A stretch of DNA of 64,000 nucleotides from an uncultured Gemmatimonadales bacterium (lineage in GTDB: Bacteria; Gemmatimonadota; Gemmatimonadetes; Longimicrobiales; Gaopeijiaceae), in NCBI GenBank assembly GCA_963823035.1, contig CAWGKG010000004.1, positions 64,001-128,000 on the forward strand, in the 5' to 3' direction. Positions within the stretch are counted from its first letter, which is position 1. The number at the start of each line of letters is the position of its first letter. This document shows positions 1 through 11,533 of this stretch, piece by piece. A model generated the notes under the pieces. The model was not told the origin of the DNA, ran no database searches, and was given only the letters and a program-made list of their open reading frames with translations. Both the position numbers and the translations under genes were made by a program.

Positions 1-928
1 TGGGGACCGACGCCCTGGGAACACCCGCCACCGAGGACACGACCTGGAGTGAGGTCTTCCAGGGTGGCGCGACGGCGAGCGTGCAGGACGGTGACACGAT
101 CACGCTCAGCGGCCGCCGCGCGGATGGGTCTCCTTCTACAAGACGCTCTCCGTCTCGGATGCGTCCACGCAGACCGTGGGCGAGCTGAAGGACCTCGTGC
201 GCAACGCGGTGGGAAGCGGCGCCAGCGTGGAGCTCCGATCCGACGGCAAGGTCGTGGTCACCGCGGACGAATCGGGTGCGAGCCTCCTCGAGCTCACGAT
301 CAGCTCCGACAACGCGGGCGGAGGATCGCTGCAGCTCGCCACGGAGGTTGTGCAGGAGGGACGGGCCGCCGCGTCGATCGACGCCACCCTGGACGGCGGC
401 GCCCTGAGGCTCACGCATCAGGAATACGGGTCCGCGATGGGCTTCCGCGTCGAGTTCGCCAACGCGGGGACCGCGACGGAGCTGGGCCTCGGCGCCAGCG
501 GCACCGAGTATGCGGGGACCGACGTGGAAGGAACCGTCGGCGGCTTGGCGGCCACCGGCGTCGGCCGCGTCCTGACAGGTGCGTCCGACACCGACGTCGC
601 CGGGCTGGCGATCCAGGTGACGGACGCCTTCACCGGCGGCTCGGTCACGTTCAGCCGCGGCGTCGCCGCGCAGCTCGGCCTTCTCCTCGACGTCTATCTG
701 GGTACGGATCAGGGCTCGATCCAATCCCTTCTCGACAGCCTGGACGGACGGGTCACGACGCTGGGCGACCGCGTCGACGACCTGGACGCGCGTCTGGCGC
801 GCCGGCAGGAAGACCTCATCCGCCGCTTCACCGCCATGGAGCAGGCGATGGCGGTCGCGCAGAACCAGTCGGCGTGGATCGCGTCGCAGATCGGGTCGCT
901 GCCCACGTACTCAAGTAGCAGCTCCTGA
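1..928 (+). CDS. fliD: Flagellar filament capping protein FliD, 5'-truncated by the window edge, frameshift near 130
   Basis: C-terminus LDARLARRQEDLIRRFTAMEQAMAVAQNQSAWI is the FliD_C coiled coil; lies directly upstream of fliS. Confidence 0.9.
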
Positions 929-971
929 GTGCCGATACCTCAGTCATCGGGAATCCCTTCGGAGAGGTGTG

Positions 972-1379
972 ATGTACACGCAGCAGCGGCCAACGGCTTA
1001 CCAGGACAACGAGGTGCTGAGCGCTCCGAAGGAGCGGCTCATCCCCATGCTGTACCAGGGTCTGCTGAAGAACCTCCGCCGGGCCGGCATGCAGATCGGC
1101 GCCGGCGACCTCGAAGGGAAGAGCGAGAGCCTGCAGAAGGCGTCCGCGATCGTGTACGAGTTGCTCGGCTCCCTCGACTTCGAGGCGGGCGGCGAGATCG
1201 CGTCGCGGCTGGCCGGACTCTACGCCTACTTCCTCCGCGAGATCCTGGCGTCCGGGCGCGCGCTGGATCGGCAGCGCCTCGACACGCTCTCCGAGATGAT
1301 CGCTACGCTCCACGACGCGTGGGACCAGGCCGCACAGCAGGTGGCCGGGAAGCGCTCCCACGGGGAGATCGGGGCGTGA
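972..1379 (+). CDS. fliS: Flagellin export chaperone FliS
   Basis: AYQDNEVLSAPKERLIPMLY...LGSLDFEAGGEIASRLAGLYAY...LHDAW matches FliS motifs. Confidence 0.93.
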   Translation: MYTQQRPTAYQDNEVLSAPKERLIPMLYQGLLKNLRRAGMQIGAGDLEGKSESLQKASAIVYELLGSLDFEAGGEIASRLAGLYAYFLREILASGRALDRQRLDTLSEMIATLHDAWDQAAQQVAGKRSHGEIGA

Positions 1380-1822
1380 GACGCCCCCCGGGCCAGGGAC
1401 GTCCCCCGCCCGCGGGCGTTCCCGACGGCCGCGCGCGCCGTCATTTCCATCTCGAGGCGTGGGATCGGTACTGCCGCATCCTGGAAGACCAGCTCGCGTG
1501 CCTGGAGTCGCCCGAGCCCGACCTGGAGCGCTTCCAGACCCTCGCACGTCAGCGGGAGCGCCTCGCCGAGATGATCGACACGATGCGACTCCCTCCTCCC
1601 GACTCGCCGGAGGCCGCGGACCATCTCGCCCGTATCGGCCGTCGGGTCGCCGAGTGCCAGGCGCGGGACCGGGAGGTCCTCGATCGTCTGGGTGGCCTGC
1701 GCAGGGAGACGGAGCAGGTCATCCGCGGCTTCGAAGACCGCCGCCCGGGACGGGAAGGGTATCGGGCCGGCGCCAAGCTCGGCCGGACGCCCGAGGCCAC
1801 CCGGATCGACGTGAAGTCATGA
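1376..1822 (+). CDS. Helical flagellar chaperone-like protein (FliT/FlgN-like)
   Basis: GTGA overlap with the fliS stop; all-helical with DLERFQTLARQRERL and a C-terminal Y...RIDVKS tail; occupies the usual fliT position. Confidence 0.5.
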   Translation: MRRPPGQGRPPPAGVPDGRARRHFHLEAWDRYCRILEDQLACLESPEPDLERFQTLARQRERLAEMIDTMRLPPPDSPEAADHLARIGRRVAECQARDREVLDRLGGLRRETEQVIRGFEDRRPGREGYRAGAKLGRTPEATRIDVKS

Positions 1823-2236
1823 GCACGCCACCTCCTCCTCGACGCACCATCCCGCGGGCCGTCAGGCCCGCGCACGCCTGGCGACGTATCGCCGCTACGC
1901 GGAGATCGTGACCGAGCAGGAGAGGGCGCTCGTCGCCGGGGACCTGGACACGTACGAAGCCCTCGCCGAGGCCACGCACGAGCTCCAGGACCGCATCGGG
2001 CTCGCCCCGACTCCGGACCTCGTCGAGGACCCCGAGGCCGGGCACCCCGCTTTCGTGGACGAGGTGGCCGGCATCCTCAAGGCGACGCTGGCCGCGAACG
2101 AGCGGATCCAGTCGCGTCTTCAGGGCATGCGCGATCCGGGAACGGCGCGGCCACGGGGGCGTCGAGGCACCACGTGCTCGGCTACGACGCCAGCGAGGCC
2201 CTCGGTGCGGGCTCGAACTTCGACCTTCGATTCTGA
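1819..2236 (+). CDS. Second FlgN/FliT-like helical protein (frameshifted)
   Basis: ATGA overlap; YAEIVTEQERALVAGDLDTYEAL...ANERIQSRL, ending ...TFDLRF after frameshift repair. Confidence 0.45.
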
Positions 2237-2257
2237 CCGTCCGGAATCCCCCAACGC

Positions 2258-2285
2258 TAAAGTCCGGCGGCCTTGGTGCCGACGC
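2258..2285 (+). promoter_or_regulatory. Sigma28 (FliA) promoter of flgM
   Basis: TAAA-N16-GCCGACGC versus consensus TAAA-N15/16-GCCGATAA, about 25 nt before the flgM ATG and its AAGGAGG RBS. Confidence 0.7.
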
Positions 2286-2309
2286 TGCGGGGTGAAGGAG
2301 GAATAGACC

Positions 2310-2615
2310 ATGACGATTCAGAAAGTCGGTTCCGACATGATCCGCCCCACCACCGTGCGCGACGCGTTGACTCGCGAGCGCAAGGCGGAGGAGGGATCCA
2401 CCGAGCGCACTTCGCGACGTGGGGACAGCGTGGGCATCTCGGAAGAGGGCCTCGCGCTGGCCGAGCGGGCGCGCAGCATCGAGCAGAGCCTCTCGCCCGA
2501 GCGGCTCGAGCAGATCGAGTCGCGGATCGCGAGCGGCTACTACGACGACCCCTCGGTGGCGCACGAGACGGCTCGCCGGCTGCTCGCTTCCGGAGATCTC
2601 GAAGGCCTCAACTGA
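2310..2615 (+). CDS. flgM: Anti-sigma28 factor FlgM
   Basis: DSVGISEEG...ERLEQIESRIASGYY...ETARRLL is the FlgM signature. Confidence 0.88.
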   Translation: MTIQKVGSDMIRPTTVRDALTRERKAEEGSTERTSRRGDSVGISEEGLALAERARSIEQSLSPERLEQIESRIASGYYDDPSVAHETARRLLASGDLEGLN

Positions 2616-2634
2616 TTCCTTCGGAGACCACCCC

Positions 2635-3004
2635 ATGAAGTTCCTGGTCGTGGACGACTCGGCCACCATGCGTCGCATCGTGGTCAACTCCCTGAGCCGG
2701 ATCGGCTTCGGCGAGTGCGTCGAGGCCGGTGACGGGGTCGAAGCGCTGGACTCGTTCGATCCGTCGGTGGACTTCGTCATCACCGACTGGAACATGCCCA
2801 ACATGAGCGGCCTGGACTTCGTGAAGGCCCTGCGGGGACGGGACGAAGGCAAGGCGGTCCCGATCCTCATGGTCACGACGCGCAGCGTGCGCGAGGACAT
2901 CGTTCAGGCCGCCCAGGCCGGCGTGAACAACTACATCGTGAAGCCGTTCACGCCCCAGGTCCTGAAAGAGAAGATCGACCACGTGCTCGGAGCGGGGGGG
3001 CTGA
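2635..3004 (+). CDS. cheY: Chemotaxis response regulator CheY; true stop probably hidden by an indel in the G-run near 2995-3000
   Basis: MKFLVVDDSATMRRIV...ITDWNMPNMSG...YIVKPFT single REC domain; TGATG at 3002-3006 fits a stop/start overlap. Confidence 0.9.
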
Positions 3005-3713
3005 TGTCCGCCGACGCCACCGCCCGCCGCGAGGAGCTCCTGAGCGACTCCGAGGCCACGCTTCGCCAGGTGCAGGGCGTCCTGTCGGACTTCGCGCCGC
3101 GTGTCGACTCGGACGACGCGGGCGGGTAGACCGCGTCCAGGACCTGCGCGGTGCCGGGCTGACCGACCTGGTCGAGATCCTCATGACCACGTACGGGGAG
3201 ATCATGAGCGTCATCGACTCCCTGCGTAAGAGCCGGGGGATGCTGGAGCAGGCCGCCATGGAGCGGCTGAAGAGCACGCACCAGAAGCTCGCCGAGGTGT
3301 CGTCGGCCACGGAGATGGCGGCCACGGGGATGCTGGACGGGCTGGACCGCGCGCTCGTCCTGGTGGATCACCTCGAGGCAGCCGACGAGTCGGCCGAGCC
3401 CGGCGACGGCGCCCTCCTGCGCGGGGACCTGCGCGAGGAGCTGCACTCGCTCATCAACCTCCTGCAGTTCCAGGACATCACGGCCCAACAGCTCGGCTAC
3501 GCGGGCGCGGTGCTCCTCGACATCGAGGACCGCCTGGTGGAGCTCGCGAGGATCTTCGACCTGAAGGGCGTCGGGCACCAGGAGGTGTCGAGCGACGAGG
3601 CGGCTTCCGAGCGGGACGCCCGCCTCAAGGACAGACACACCGCGTGTGACCCGGAGGCCTCCCACTTCGACGCGCAGAGCCGCCAGGCTCTCGCGGACAA
3701 CATCTTCCGCTAG
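3004..3713 (+). CDS. CheZ-like CheY-P phosphatase (frameshift near 3125)
   Basis: Follows cheY; ATEMAATGMLDGLD and LQFQDITAQQL (DxxxQ catalytic motif) with a C-terminal QALADNIF helix. Confidence 0.7.
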
Positions 3714-3743
3714 CCTGTCCGGAATCCGGGAAGGAGCCACAAC

Positions 3744-4092
3744 ATGGCCGTCGTCAACCTCGAGCAGGCGCACGCCGGCATGGTGCTGGCCAACGACGTC
3801 AAGGACCGACGGGGCAGGCTCCTCATGCCGGCCGGCCGCGAGCTGACGGAGAAGCACATGGAGGCCTTCCGGATGTGGGGCGTGACCTCGGTCGAGATCG
3901 AGGGCGGTCCCCGCCGAGGAAGCCGCCCCTCCCTGCGTGTTCGACGATGCGCTGCTCGAGCGCGCCGACTGGGAAGCCGGCCTCCTCTTCGCGAACGCGT
4001 CCGAAGCGCACCCATTTCTCACGGCGCTGCGTGCCGTCGCCCGCCTTCGCATCGCCCAGGCCATCTCCCGGGAAGAGTGGAGCCTCCCATGA
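3744..4092 (+). CDS. Small hypothetical protein of the type found before HDOD/HD-GYP genes (frameshifted)
   Basis: AGMVLANDVKDRRGRLLMPAGRELTEKHMEAFRMWGVTSVEI; GGAG RBS; appears fused to HDOD only through indels. Confidence 0.55.
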
Positions 4093-4941
4093 GCAGCCGC
4101 GCGGATCGTCTCGTGGACGGCCTGGTCACCGTCGCATCGCCCCCCCTGGTGTACGCGCGCCTCATGGAGGTGATCAACCACCCGCGGTCGGGCTCGGCGG
4201 ACATCGCCCGCGTGATCGGGGAGGACCAGGGCCTCACGGGTCGCCTGCTGAAGATCGTGAACTCCGCCTTCTTCGCCTTCCCGCGACCGGTCGAGAACGT
4301 CACGCAGGCGGTGACGGTGGTGGGGACGAGCCAGATCCGTGACCTCGCCCTGGCGACGTCTGTCATGACGATGTTCGACGGTGTGCCGCGGGACCTGGTG
4401 GACGTGGACTCGTTCTGGTACCACAGCCTGTCGTGCGGCATCACCGCCCGCGCCATCGCGGCGCAACGCCGTGAGGACAACGTCGAGCGGTTCTTCGTCG
4501 GGGGCCTGCTGCACGACATCGGCCACCTGATCATCTACATGCGCGCCGCCGAGGAGGCTCACCAGGCGCTCCGGATGTCGGAGACGACCGGGCGGCCGCT
4601 CCTGGAGTGCGAGCGGGACGTGCTGGGCTGCGATCACGCCCAGGTCGGGCGGACGCTGCTGGACCGGTGGAACTTCCCCGGCGCGTTCCGCGAGGCGGTG
4701 GCCTACCACCACCTGCCCCGGTTGGCCTCGCGCTACCCGGTGGAGGCAGCGGCCGTGCACGTCGCGGAGGTCATGGCCCACGCCATCGGGTGGGGACGGA
4801 GCGGCGAGCGCAGGGTGCCGCCCTTCGACCCGACCTGCGTGGGACACGCTCGGCTTCGAGCCCTCGGTGGTCGGGCTGCTGGTGGAAGAGGTCGAACGGC
4901 AGATGGAAGCGGCCGTGCACTTCATGGGCATCGCCGCGTGA
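4089..4941 (+). CDS. HDOD domain protein (frameshift near 4840)
   Basis: DQGLTGRLLKIVNSAFF, FWYHSL, GGLLHDIG, GCDHAQVG...WNFP, YHH. Confidence 0.88.
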
Positions 4942-7505
4942 GCCACGGCGACCGAGCCGCGCGGGAGCGACGCCCGGGAAGCCGGCGGAGAGATCCTCGG
5001 CTGGGTGTCCCAGGCGCTGGAGTCGGTTGCGGCGCTCGGCCTGTCGGTCCAGGGCGGGGCGGAGCGGGCCACCGACGTGGGGGAGCTGTTCCCGTCCGCG
5101 GCGCCGCTCATCCGGCGCCTGGGTGACTTCCCGTGATCGCGTTCCTGGGCGTGGACGACGACGCGCTCGACTTCCGCCTGGTCGGGGCCGATCCGCCCGA
5201 GCTCGCCGAGCAGATCGAGGCCGAGGTCGTCCACCAGGTGGCCGAAGGGACGTTCGCCTGGTCGCTCTATCAGCACCGACCGGTGGTCGTGCCCGGCGTG
5301 TGCGCTCGGCTCGATGGTCGTCCTGCACGTGCTGGCGACCCCGTCCAGGGTCATGGGGATGTTCATGGCCGCGCTTCCGGAGGGCTCGTCCTTCCTTCCC
5401 GACGTGGTGCAGAAGGTCCTGTCCATCCTCCTGGGCCATTGCGCCTCCGTGCTCGAGACCGGCACGCTCTATCGCGACCTGGCGGACCACAACCGAAAGC
5501 TCGAGGAGACCGTCGAGGAGCGAACGCGGGAGCTGCGCCACTCGGAAGAGGCGGCACGCTCCGCCAACCGCGCCAAGAGCGAGTTCCTGGCGAACATGAG
5601 CCACGAGATCCGGACGCCGATCAACGGCATCATGGGCATGGCCAGCCTCCTGCTCGAGACCGAGCTCGACGCGGAGCAGCGCGAGCAGGCGGAGACGATC
5701 GGGCGGTCGGCGGATTCGCTGCTCACGATCATCAACGACATCCTGGACTTCTCCAAGATCGAGGCCGGCAAGCTCACGCTCGAGCGGATGCCGTTCGATC
5801 TCCGCACCGCGATCGAGGACGTCCTGGAGCTGGTCGCGCCGCGCGTCGCCGACAAGGACGTGGAGCTGGTCCTCCGCTACGCGGACGGCGTGCCCCGCTA
5901 CGTGGTCGGGGACCCCGGGACGCGTCCGCCAGATCCTCACCAACCTCGTGGGCAACGCGGTGCGCTTCACCGAACGGGGCCACGTCCTCGTCGACGTCGC
6001 CCCGGCGGAGAAGGACCGGGTGGCCGTCTCGGTCGTCGACACCGGCATCGGCATCGACCCGGACCGGGTCGACACGATGTTCCAGAAGTTCACGCAGGCG
6101 GACACCAGCACCACGCGCCGCTACGGCGGCACGGGGCTGGGCCTGCCGATCTCCCGCAGCCTGGCTCGGATGATGGGCGGCGACGTCTCCGCGACCAGCG
6201 CGCCGGGAGCGGGGTCCACCTTCACGTTCACGGCGCCGCTGCAGGCCGCCGAGACGCCGGGGGCGAACGCGGAGGCGACGTTCGACCTCTCCGGAAGGCG
6301 GTTCGTCGTGGTCGTGCGGGACGATCGTCTGCGTGACGCGCTGACCGCGACCCTGCGCGGCGCGTCCGCCGAGGTACGGCCCGCCTCGCGTCCCGAGGAG
6401 ATCCTGGGGATGTGGTGCGGCCCAGCCCCGGACGCCGATCGGCCCGAGCGCACGAGGCGCCCGCGACGGACCTGCTGCTGGACGTGGCGTTCGGCATCGA
6501 ACGCCTGGCGATTCTGGGCGGCGGCGCTTCCGCCCTGCCGGAGGAGCGGCGCCCGCGCCTGTGGGGGCTTCTGCGCCAGGGGCGGCAAGTCGACGCGGAG
6601 GCGCTGCGGCGGGCGGGCTTCGCCGGGTGGCTCACCAAGCCCCTCCGTGAGAGCCGACTGCTTCGCGCGCTGGCGGGCGAGAAGCCGCCCGCGCCTCGGT
6701 GCAGCGAGACGAAGGGCGCATCTCCGGACGCGTCCTCCTCGTCGAGGACGACCCGGTGAACGCGCGCGTCGCCACCTCGATGCTGCTGCGCGTCGGGTGC
6801 ACGGTCACGGCCGTCCCCAACGGGGCGGAGGCGGTCGAGGTCGCGCTGCGTGAAGACTTCGACCTCGTCCTCATGGACTGCCACATGCCGGTGATGGACG
6901 GTTACGAGGCCACCCGCCGGCTGCGTGCCGATCCGAGGACCGCGGGGCTGCGCATCATCGCCCTCACCGCCAGCGCCCTGGAAGAGGACAAGGGACTGGC
7001 GATGGAGGCTGGGATGGACGGCCACCTCGCCAAGCCGCTCGACCTCAACGGCCTGAGCGCGGCGCTCCGGGAGCTTCTGGCCACCGCCGAGGACGAAGTG
7101 GACGGGGGCGGGGACGGCGACAATGCCGAGGCGGAGGAATCCGAGGACGTCGGTCCCTCCGAGTTCGATCTCCGCACGGCGCTTTCCAGGGTGGGTGGAG
7201 ACCCGGCGATCCTTGCGGAGATCACCGCGACGTTCATCGACCAGTGGCCGGAGCTGCGCGAGCGGATCGTCGTCGCCCGACGTGAGGACGACGGTGGGGC
7301 GATGAGCCTGCTCGCCCACAGGATCAAGGGTGGTGCCGGCGCGGTCGCGGCCGCCCGCATGCAAGCGCTTGCGGCGCGCTGCGAACGGCGTTGGGAAGCA
7401 GGCGACCTCGCGGCGGCGAGCGATGAGCTGGTCGCGCTGGATCGGGGCTTCGAGGCCTTTGCGGACGCCGTGGCGCGTGCCATGGCGGGGGAGGCAGCCG
7501 CATGA
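4938..7505 (+). CDS. Hybrid sensor histidine kinase (HisKA-HATPase-REC-Hpt), several frameshifts
   Basis: [14 protein letters not shown]-box, DTGIGI, F box, [19 protein letters not shown] receiver, AHRIKGGAG Hpt. Confidence 0.88.
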
Positions 7506-9870
7506 GCACCGGGGCGCACGTCGTCGTCATCAACGACGACCCGGTACAGCTTCGCCAGATCACGGCCCTTCTGGGTGCCGCCGATCACGAGGCGACGGGC
7601 TTCCTCGACGCCTCGGACGCGCTCGCGAAGCTGTCCGGAGCGCTGGACGTCGACCTCTTCGTGGTCGACCTCCACATGCCGGGCATCGACGGTTGGAAGT
7701 TGTGCCGCCTCCTTCGGTCACCGGAGTTCGAGCGGTTCAACGGCACGCCCATCCTGGTGATCTCGGCCACCTTCACGGGTGACGACGTCGCGTCCATCAC
7801 GCGCGAGCTCGGCGCCAACGCCTTCCTCGAGGTGCCTTTCGAAGGCCCCACGCTGATCGCCTACGTCGAGTCCCTGCTCCTGGGCGAGATCCCCAGCGAG
7901 CCGTCGTGGACCCTGATCGTCGAGGACGACGACGCGGTACGCAGAACGCTGGGCCGGGCCTTCAAGGCGCACGGCTACCGTGTCGAGGAGGCCGCGACGC
8001 TCGCGGAGGCCCGCCGGAAGCGCGCCGAGCGCCAGTTCGACCTGGTGCTCCTGGACTACTACCTCCCCGACGGGCCGAGCGAGGGTGCCCTCGAGGACCT
8101 GAGCGGGCCGACGCACAGCACCACGACGCTGGTCATGACCGGCGACACCGACCCGATGCTGCCCGTGCGGCTCATGGGGATGGGTGCCGACGGATACCTG
8201 CGCAAGCCGTTCGACCCGGCGTTCGCGGTCGAGCTGGCACGCAAGGCGCGCCGCCAGCGGTCGCTCCTGCGTATCGAGACGATCCTGGAGGCCCGCACGC
8301 GCGAGCTGCGCGCATCCGAGGGCCGCTACCGCACGCTGTTCGAGACCATCCCCGACGTCGTCATCGTCCTGGACGAGCACGAACGGGTGGCCGAGATCAA
8401 TCCGGACGGTCTGAGGTTGGTGCGGTGTGAAGCCGACGAGGTGCTCGGACGCCGCCTGGTGGAGTTCGCCGATCCGCCAGGTGTGAAGGCGCTGTCGCGC
8501 TGGCTGGACGCCGTCGAGGTGGGCGGGGTCTCGAGCCTGGAGACCGACCTCGTCGAGAAGTCGGGAACGGCTTTCCCCGTGGAGCTGACCGGGCGCAGGA
8601 TCGAGTACCATGGAGCGCCGGCCATCCTGGTGGTGGGTCGTGACCTGACCGAGCGCCGGCGCAACGAGGAGGAGCAGCGCACGCTCGAGCGGCAGATGCA
8701 GCACGCGCAGCGTCTCGAGAGCCTGGGCGTGCTGGCGGGCGGCGTCGCCCACGACTTCAACAACCTCCTGGTGGGGATCCTCGGCAACGCCAGCCTCGCA
8801 CTGATGGACCTGTCGGGTGATTCCCCCCTGCGCGAGGCCATCGACCAGATCGAGCTCGCGGCCCGACGTGCCGCGGAGCTGACGCAGCAGATCCTCGCCT
8901 TCGCGGGGAAGGGACGGACCGAAACGCAGGAGATGGACCTCTCCGGCCTCGTCCGCGAGATGGGGCAGCTGGTGGAGCCGGCGGTGTCGAAGAAGGCGCG
9001 CGTGACCTACGAGCTTCCGGACAGCCTCCCCGCGGTGAAGGGGGATCCGGGGCAGATCCGACAGGTCGCGATGAACCTGATCATCAACGCCTCCGACTCG
9101 TTGAGCGGGAACGCCGGGACCATCTCGGTGCGCACCTCCATGCAGGAGGTGCCGCCGACCGGTGGGCCCGAGATCGTGGGCGGTGGACGCCTGGAGCCCG
9201 GACGATACGTCGCCCTGCGCGTGAAGGACGACGGCTGTGGCATGGACGCGAATACCCAGGCGCGGATCTTCGAGCCGTTCTTCACCACCAAGTTCACGGG
9301 ACGCGGGCTCGGCCTGGCCGCGACGCTGGGCATCGTCCGCTCGCACGGTGGCGGCATCGAGGTAGCGTCCGAGCTGGGCGAGGGCACGACCATCACCGTG
9401 CTCCTGCCGCCGTCGGAGAGCGTCGTTCCCGACGCGGACGGCGGCGAACGACCGCGAGGCCCGACGTGGACCGGCGGGGGTACGGTTCTGGTCGTGGACG
9501 ACGAGCCCTCGGTCCGGAAGCTGGCGCGCGCGGCGCTGTCGCGGAACAGCTTCGCCGTCGTCGAGGCGCGCAACGGGGCGGAGGGCGTCGTGATGGCGCT
9601 CGATCCGGCGGGTGAGGTCGACCTCGTGATCCTCGACCTTACGATGCCCGAGATGGACGGCAGGGAGGCGCTCGCGGTGATCCGTGAACGTCGTCCGGAC
9701 CTGCCGGTGCTCCTCTCCAGCGGATATCCTCAGGAGGAGATCGTCCTGGAGCGGACGCCTGGCGAGCCGACCGAGTTCCTCAAGAAGCCCTACGGACCCT
9801 CGGAACTGCTGGACGCCGTGTCGGCGCTGTTGGCGGCGAGGGCGGCCGCGAGGACCTCCAAACGCCGCGT
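7502..9870 (+). CDS. Hybrid kinase REC-REC-PAS-HisKA-HATPase-REC (3' end approximate)
   Basis: Two N-terminal receivers, PAS, LAGGVAHDFNNLL H-box, FFTTKFTGRGLGLA, C-terminal LDLTMP receiver. Confidence 0.88.
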
Positions 9871-9973
9871 GGTGGGTGCCGGTGTGTGGCCGGAGGAGCG
9901 AAACCGAGCCACTTCGGGGGTGACGTTGTATCTTGATCGGGTGACGACCTTGAGGACTCCAGGCCCCGGGAAC

Positions 9974-10507
9974 ATGCGCAAGCTCACCTATCTCGTTCGC
10001 GCCAGCGTCGATGGCATGATCGCCGGACCCGACGGAGAGCTCGACTGGCTCTTCGCCAGCAAGGAGCGCGAGTTGGCCGAGTTCTTCAGGGAGACGGACG
10101 CCGTCCTCCTCGGAACCGCGACGTACGACTACATGCTCGCGCAGGGGATGGAAGCCTACCCGGGGATGACGAACTACGTCTTCTCGCGCACGCTCCGACC
10201 CGAGGATCATCCCGCGGTCACGATCGTCCCCACGGATCCGCTGCCCTTCGTGACCGGCCTGAAGCAGCACGAGGGCGGGGGGATCTGGCTGCTGGGTGGG
10301 GGCGTGGTGTTTCGTTACCTCCTGGCCGCCGGAGTGGTCGACGAGATCGTGGTCCTCCTCCACCCGCTCCTCCTGGGAGGCGGGGTGCCGCTCCTTCCGC
10401 GCTGCGACACGGTCACGCCCCTCGAGCTGCTGGAGACGACGCCGCTCGCCAGCGGCCTGGTACGCCTGCGGTACGTCGTCGGCGAACCGCGCATGCGCGA
10501 GAGCTGA
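9974..10507 (+). CDS. Dihydrofolate reductase/RibD C-terminal family protein
   Basis: MRKLTYLVRASVDGMIAGPDGELDW...GIWLLGGG...VVDEI...LLGGGVPL. Confidence 0.85.
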   Translation: MRKLTYLVRASVDGMIAGPDGELDWLFASKERELAEFFRETDAVLLGTATYDYMLAQGMEAYPGMTNYVFSRTLRPEDHPAVTIVPTDPLPFVTGLKQHEGGGIWLLGGGVVFRYLLAAGVVDEIVVLLHPLLLGGGVPLLPRCDTVTPLELLETTPLASGLVRLRYVVGEPRMRES

Positions 10508-10648
10508 CGCTCCCCGCGCTTGTTCGCCGTGTGAGCTGGTGGGCAGGTGGAACCGGAGGCGGCGGGGGATGTACAGCGCAGGGTGCCGTGCCGGATCGCC
10601 CGTGTGCGGAAGCCGAGCACGCGTGAACACCCGCTCCCGGAGGCCGCC

Positions 10649-11491
10649 ATGGCAGGCCCAGCCGACAACCGCGACGGACGAAGCGGACCCCTCTTCTCGT
10701 CGCGCCGCATCGAGAGATCGCGCGAGCAGCGTCGGCGTGCCCTCCTGGCCGTCCTCGGCGTCGTAGCGATCGCGGCACTGGGCCTGGGGGGCTGGTGGAT
10801 GTGGCGACGATCGCACCGCGCGCCGGCGCCGATGCTGGTGCCCGCGTCGTCGAACCCCGCCCCCGGCGCCCCCGCGGCGCCGGCCGCCGAGGTTGCCATC
10901 GATCTCCCGGAGCTGGACGCGAGCGACGAGGTCGTGCGCAGGTCGGTGGCGGAGCTGTCGTCGCGGCCGGAGTGGGCCGCCTGGCTGGTCACGGACGACA
11001 TGGTGCGCCACTTCGTGGTGTCGGTGGTCGCGGTCGCGGAGGGACGCAGCCCCGAGTCGCAGCTACGCTTCCTCGTGCCCAAGGGGCCATTCTCGACGCA
11101 GGCGTCGGGTGAGCGCACGGTCGTCGACCCCGGGAGCTTCCGCCGCTACGACGTGGCCACGGCGACGTTCGCCTCCCTGGACACGGAAGGGGTGGCGCGC
11201 CTCTACCGGCAAATGCACCCGCTCATCGAGGAGGCCTACCGCGAGCTCGGCCTGCCCGACCGCACCTTCGACGAGACGCTGTCCGTGGCGGTCGGGAACC
11301 TCCTGCGCGCCAGGGTTCCCGATACCCCGCTCGAGGTCGCGCCCGAAGGGGGCGTGTACGTCTTCAGCGCCCCCGACGTCGAGGCCTTGAGCCCCGCCGA
11401 GAAGCACCTCCTGCGCATGGGCCCCGAGAACGCGCGCCGCTTCCAGACCAAGCTGCGGGAGATCGCCGGGGCGCTGGGCGTGATGCCCTGA
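10649..11491 (+). CDS. DUF3014 domain membrane-anchored protein
   Basis: N-terminal TM helix; LPELDASDEVVR, SFRRYD, PLIEEAYRELG, LSPAEKHLLRMGPEN. Confidence 0.8.
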   Translation: MAGPADNRDGRSGPLFSSRRIERSREQRRRALLAVLGVVAIAALGLGGWWMWRRSHRAPAPMLVPASSNPAPGAPAAPAAEVAIDLPELDASDEVVRRSVAELSSRPEWAAWLVTDDMVRHFVVSVVAVAEGRSPESQLRFLVPKGPFSTQASGERTVVDPGSFRRYDVATATFASLDTEGVARLYRQMHPLIEEAYRELGLPDRTFDETLSVAVGNLLRARVPDTPLEVAPEGGVYVFSAPDVEALSPAEKHLLRMGPENARRFQTKLREIAGALGVMP

Positions 11492-11497
11492 CGACGT

Positions 11498-11530
11498 CCC
11501 GGAGGGCCGGCGTTCGGCCGGCCCTCCGGG
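11498..11530. terminator. Bidirectional terminator-like hairpin
   Basis: Perfect 14-bp stem CCCGGAGGGCCGGC/GCCGGCCCTCCGGG between convergent stop codons. Confidence 0.7.
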
Positions 11531-11533
11531 CCC

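Noticed and set aside
2419..3129. CheY with N- and C-terminal extensions
   Set aside because: Real start is 2635; read-through follows a G homopolymer next to a TGATG overlap
7502..10507. 1001-aa histidine kinase-DHFR fusion in the ORF track
   Set aside because: The linker is non-domain-like, contains a TATCTT -10-like box, and DHFR has its own typical MRKL start at 9974; a lost stop from an indel is more likely (reads needed to confirm)
10549..10574. Possible ECF promoter GGAAC-N17-GTAC before DUF3014
   Set aside because: Weak -10 match and a single instance; cannot be distinguished from chance
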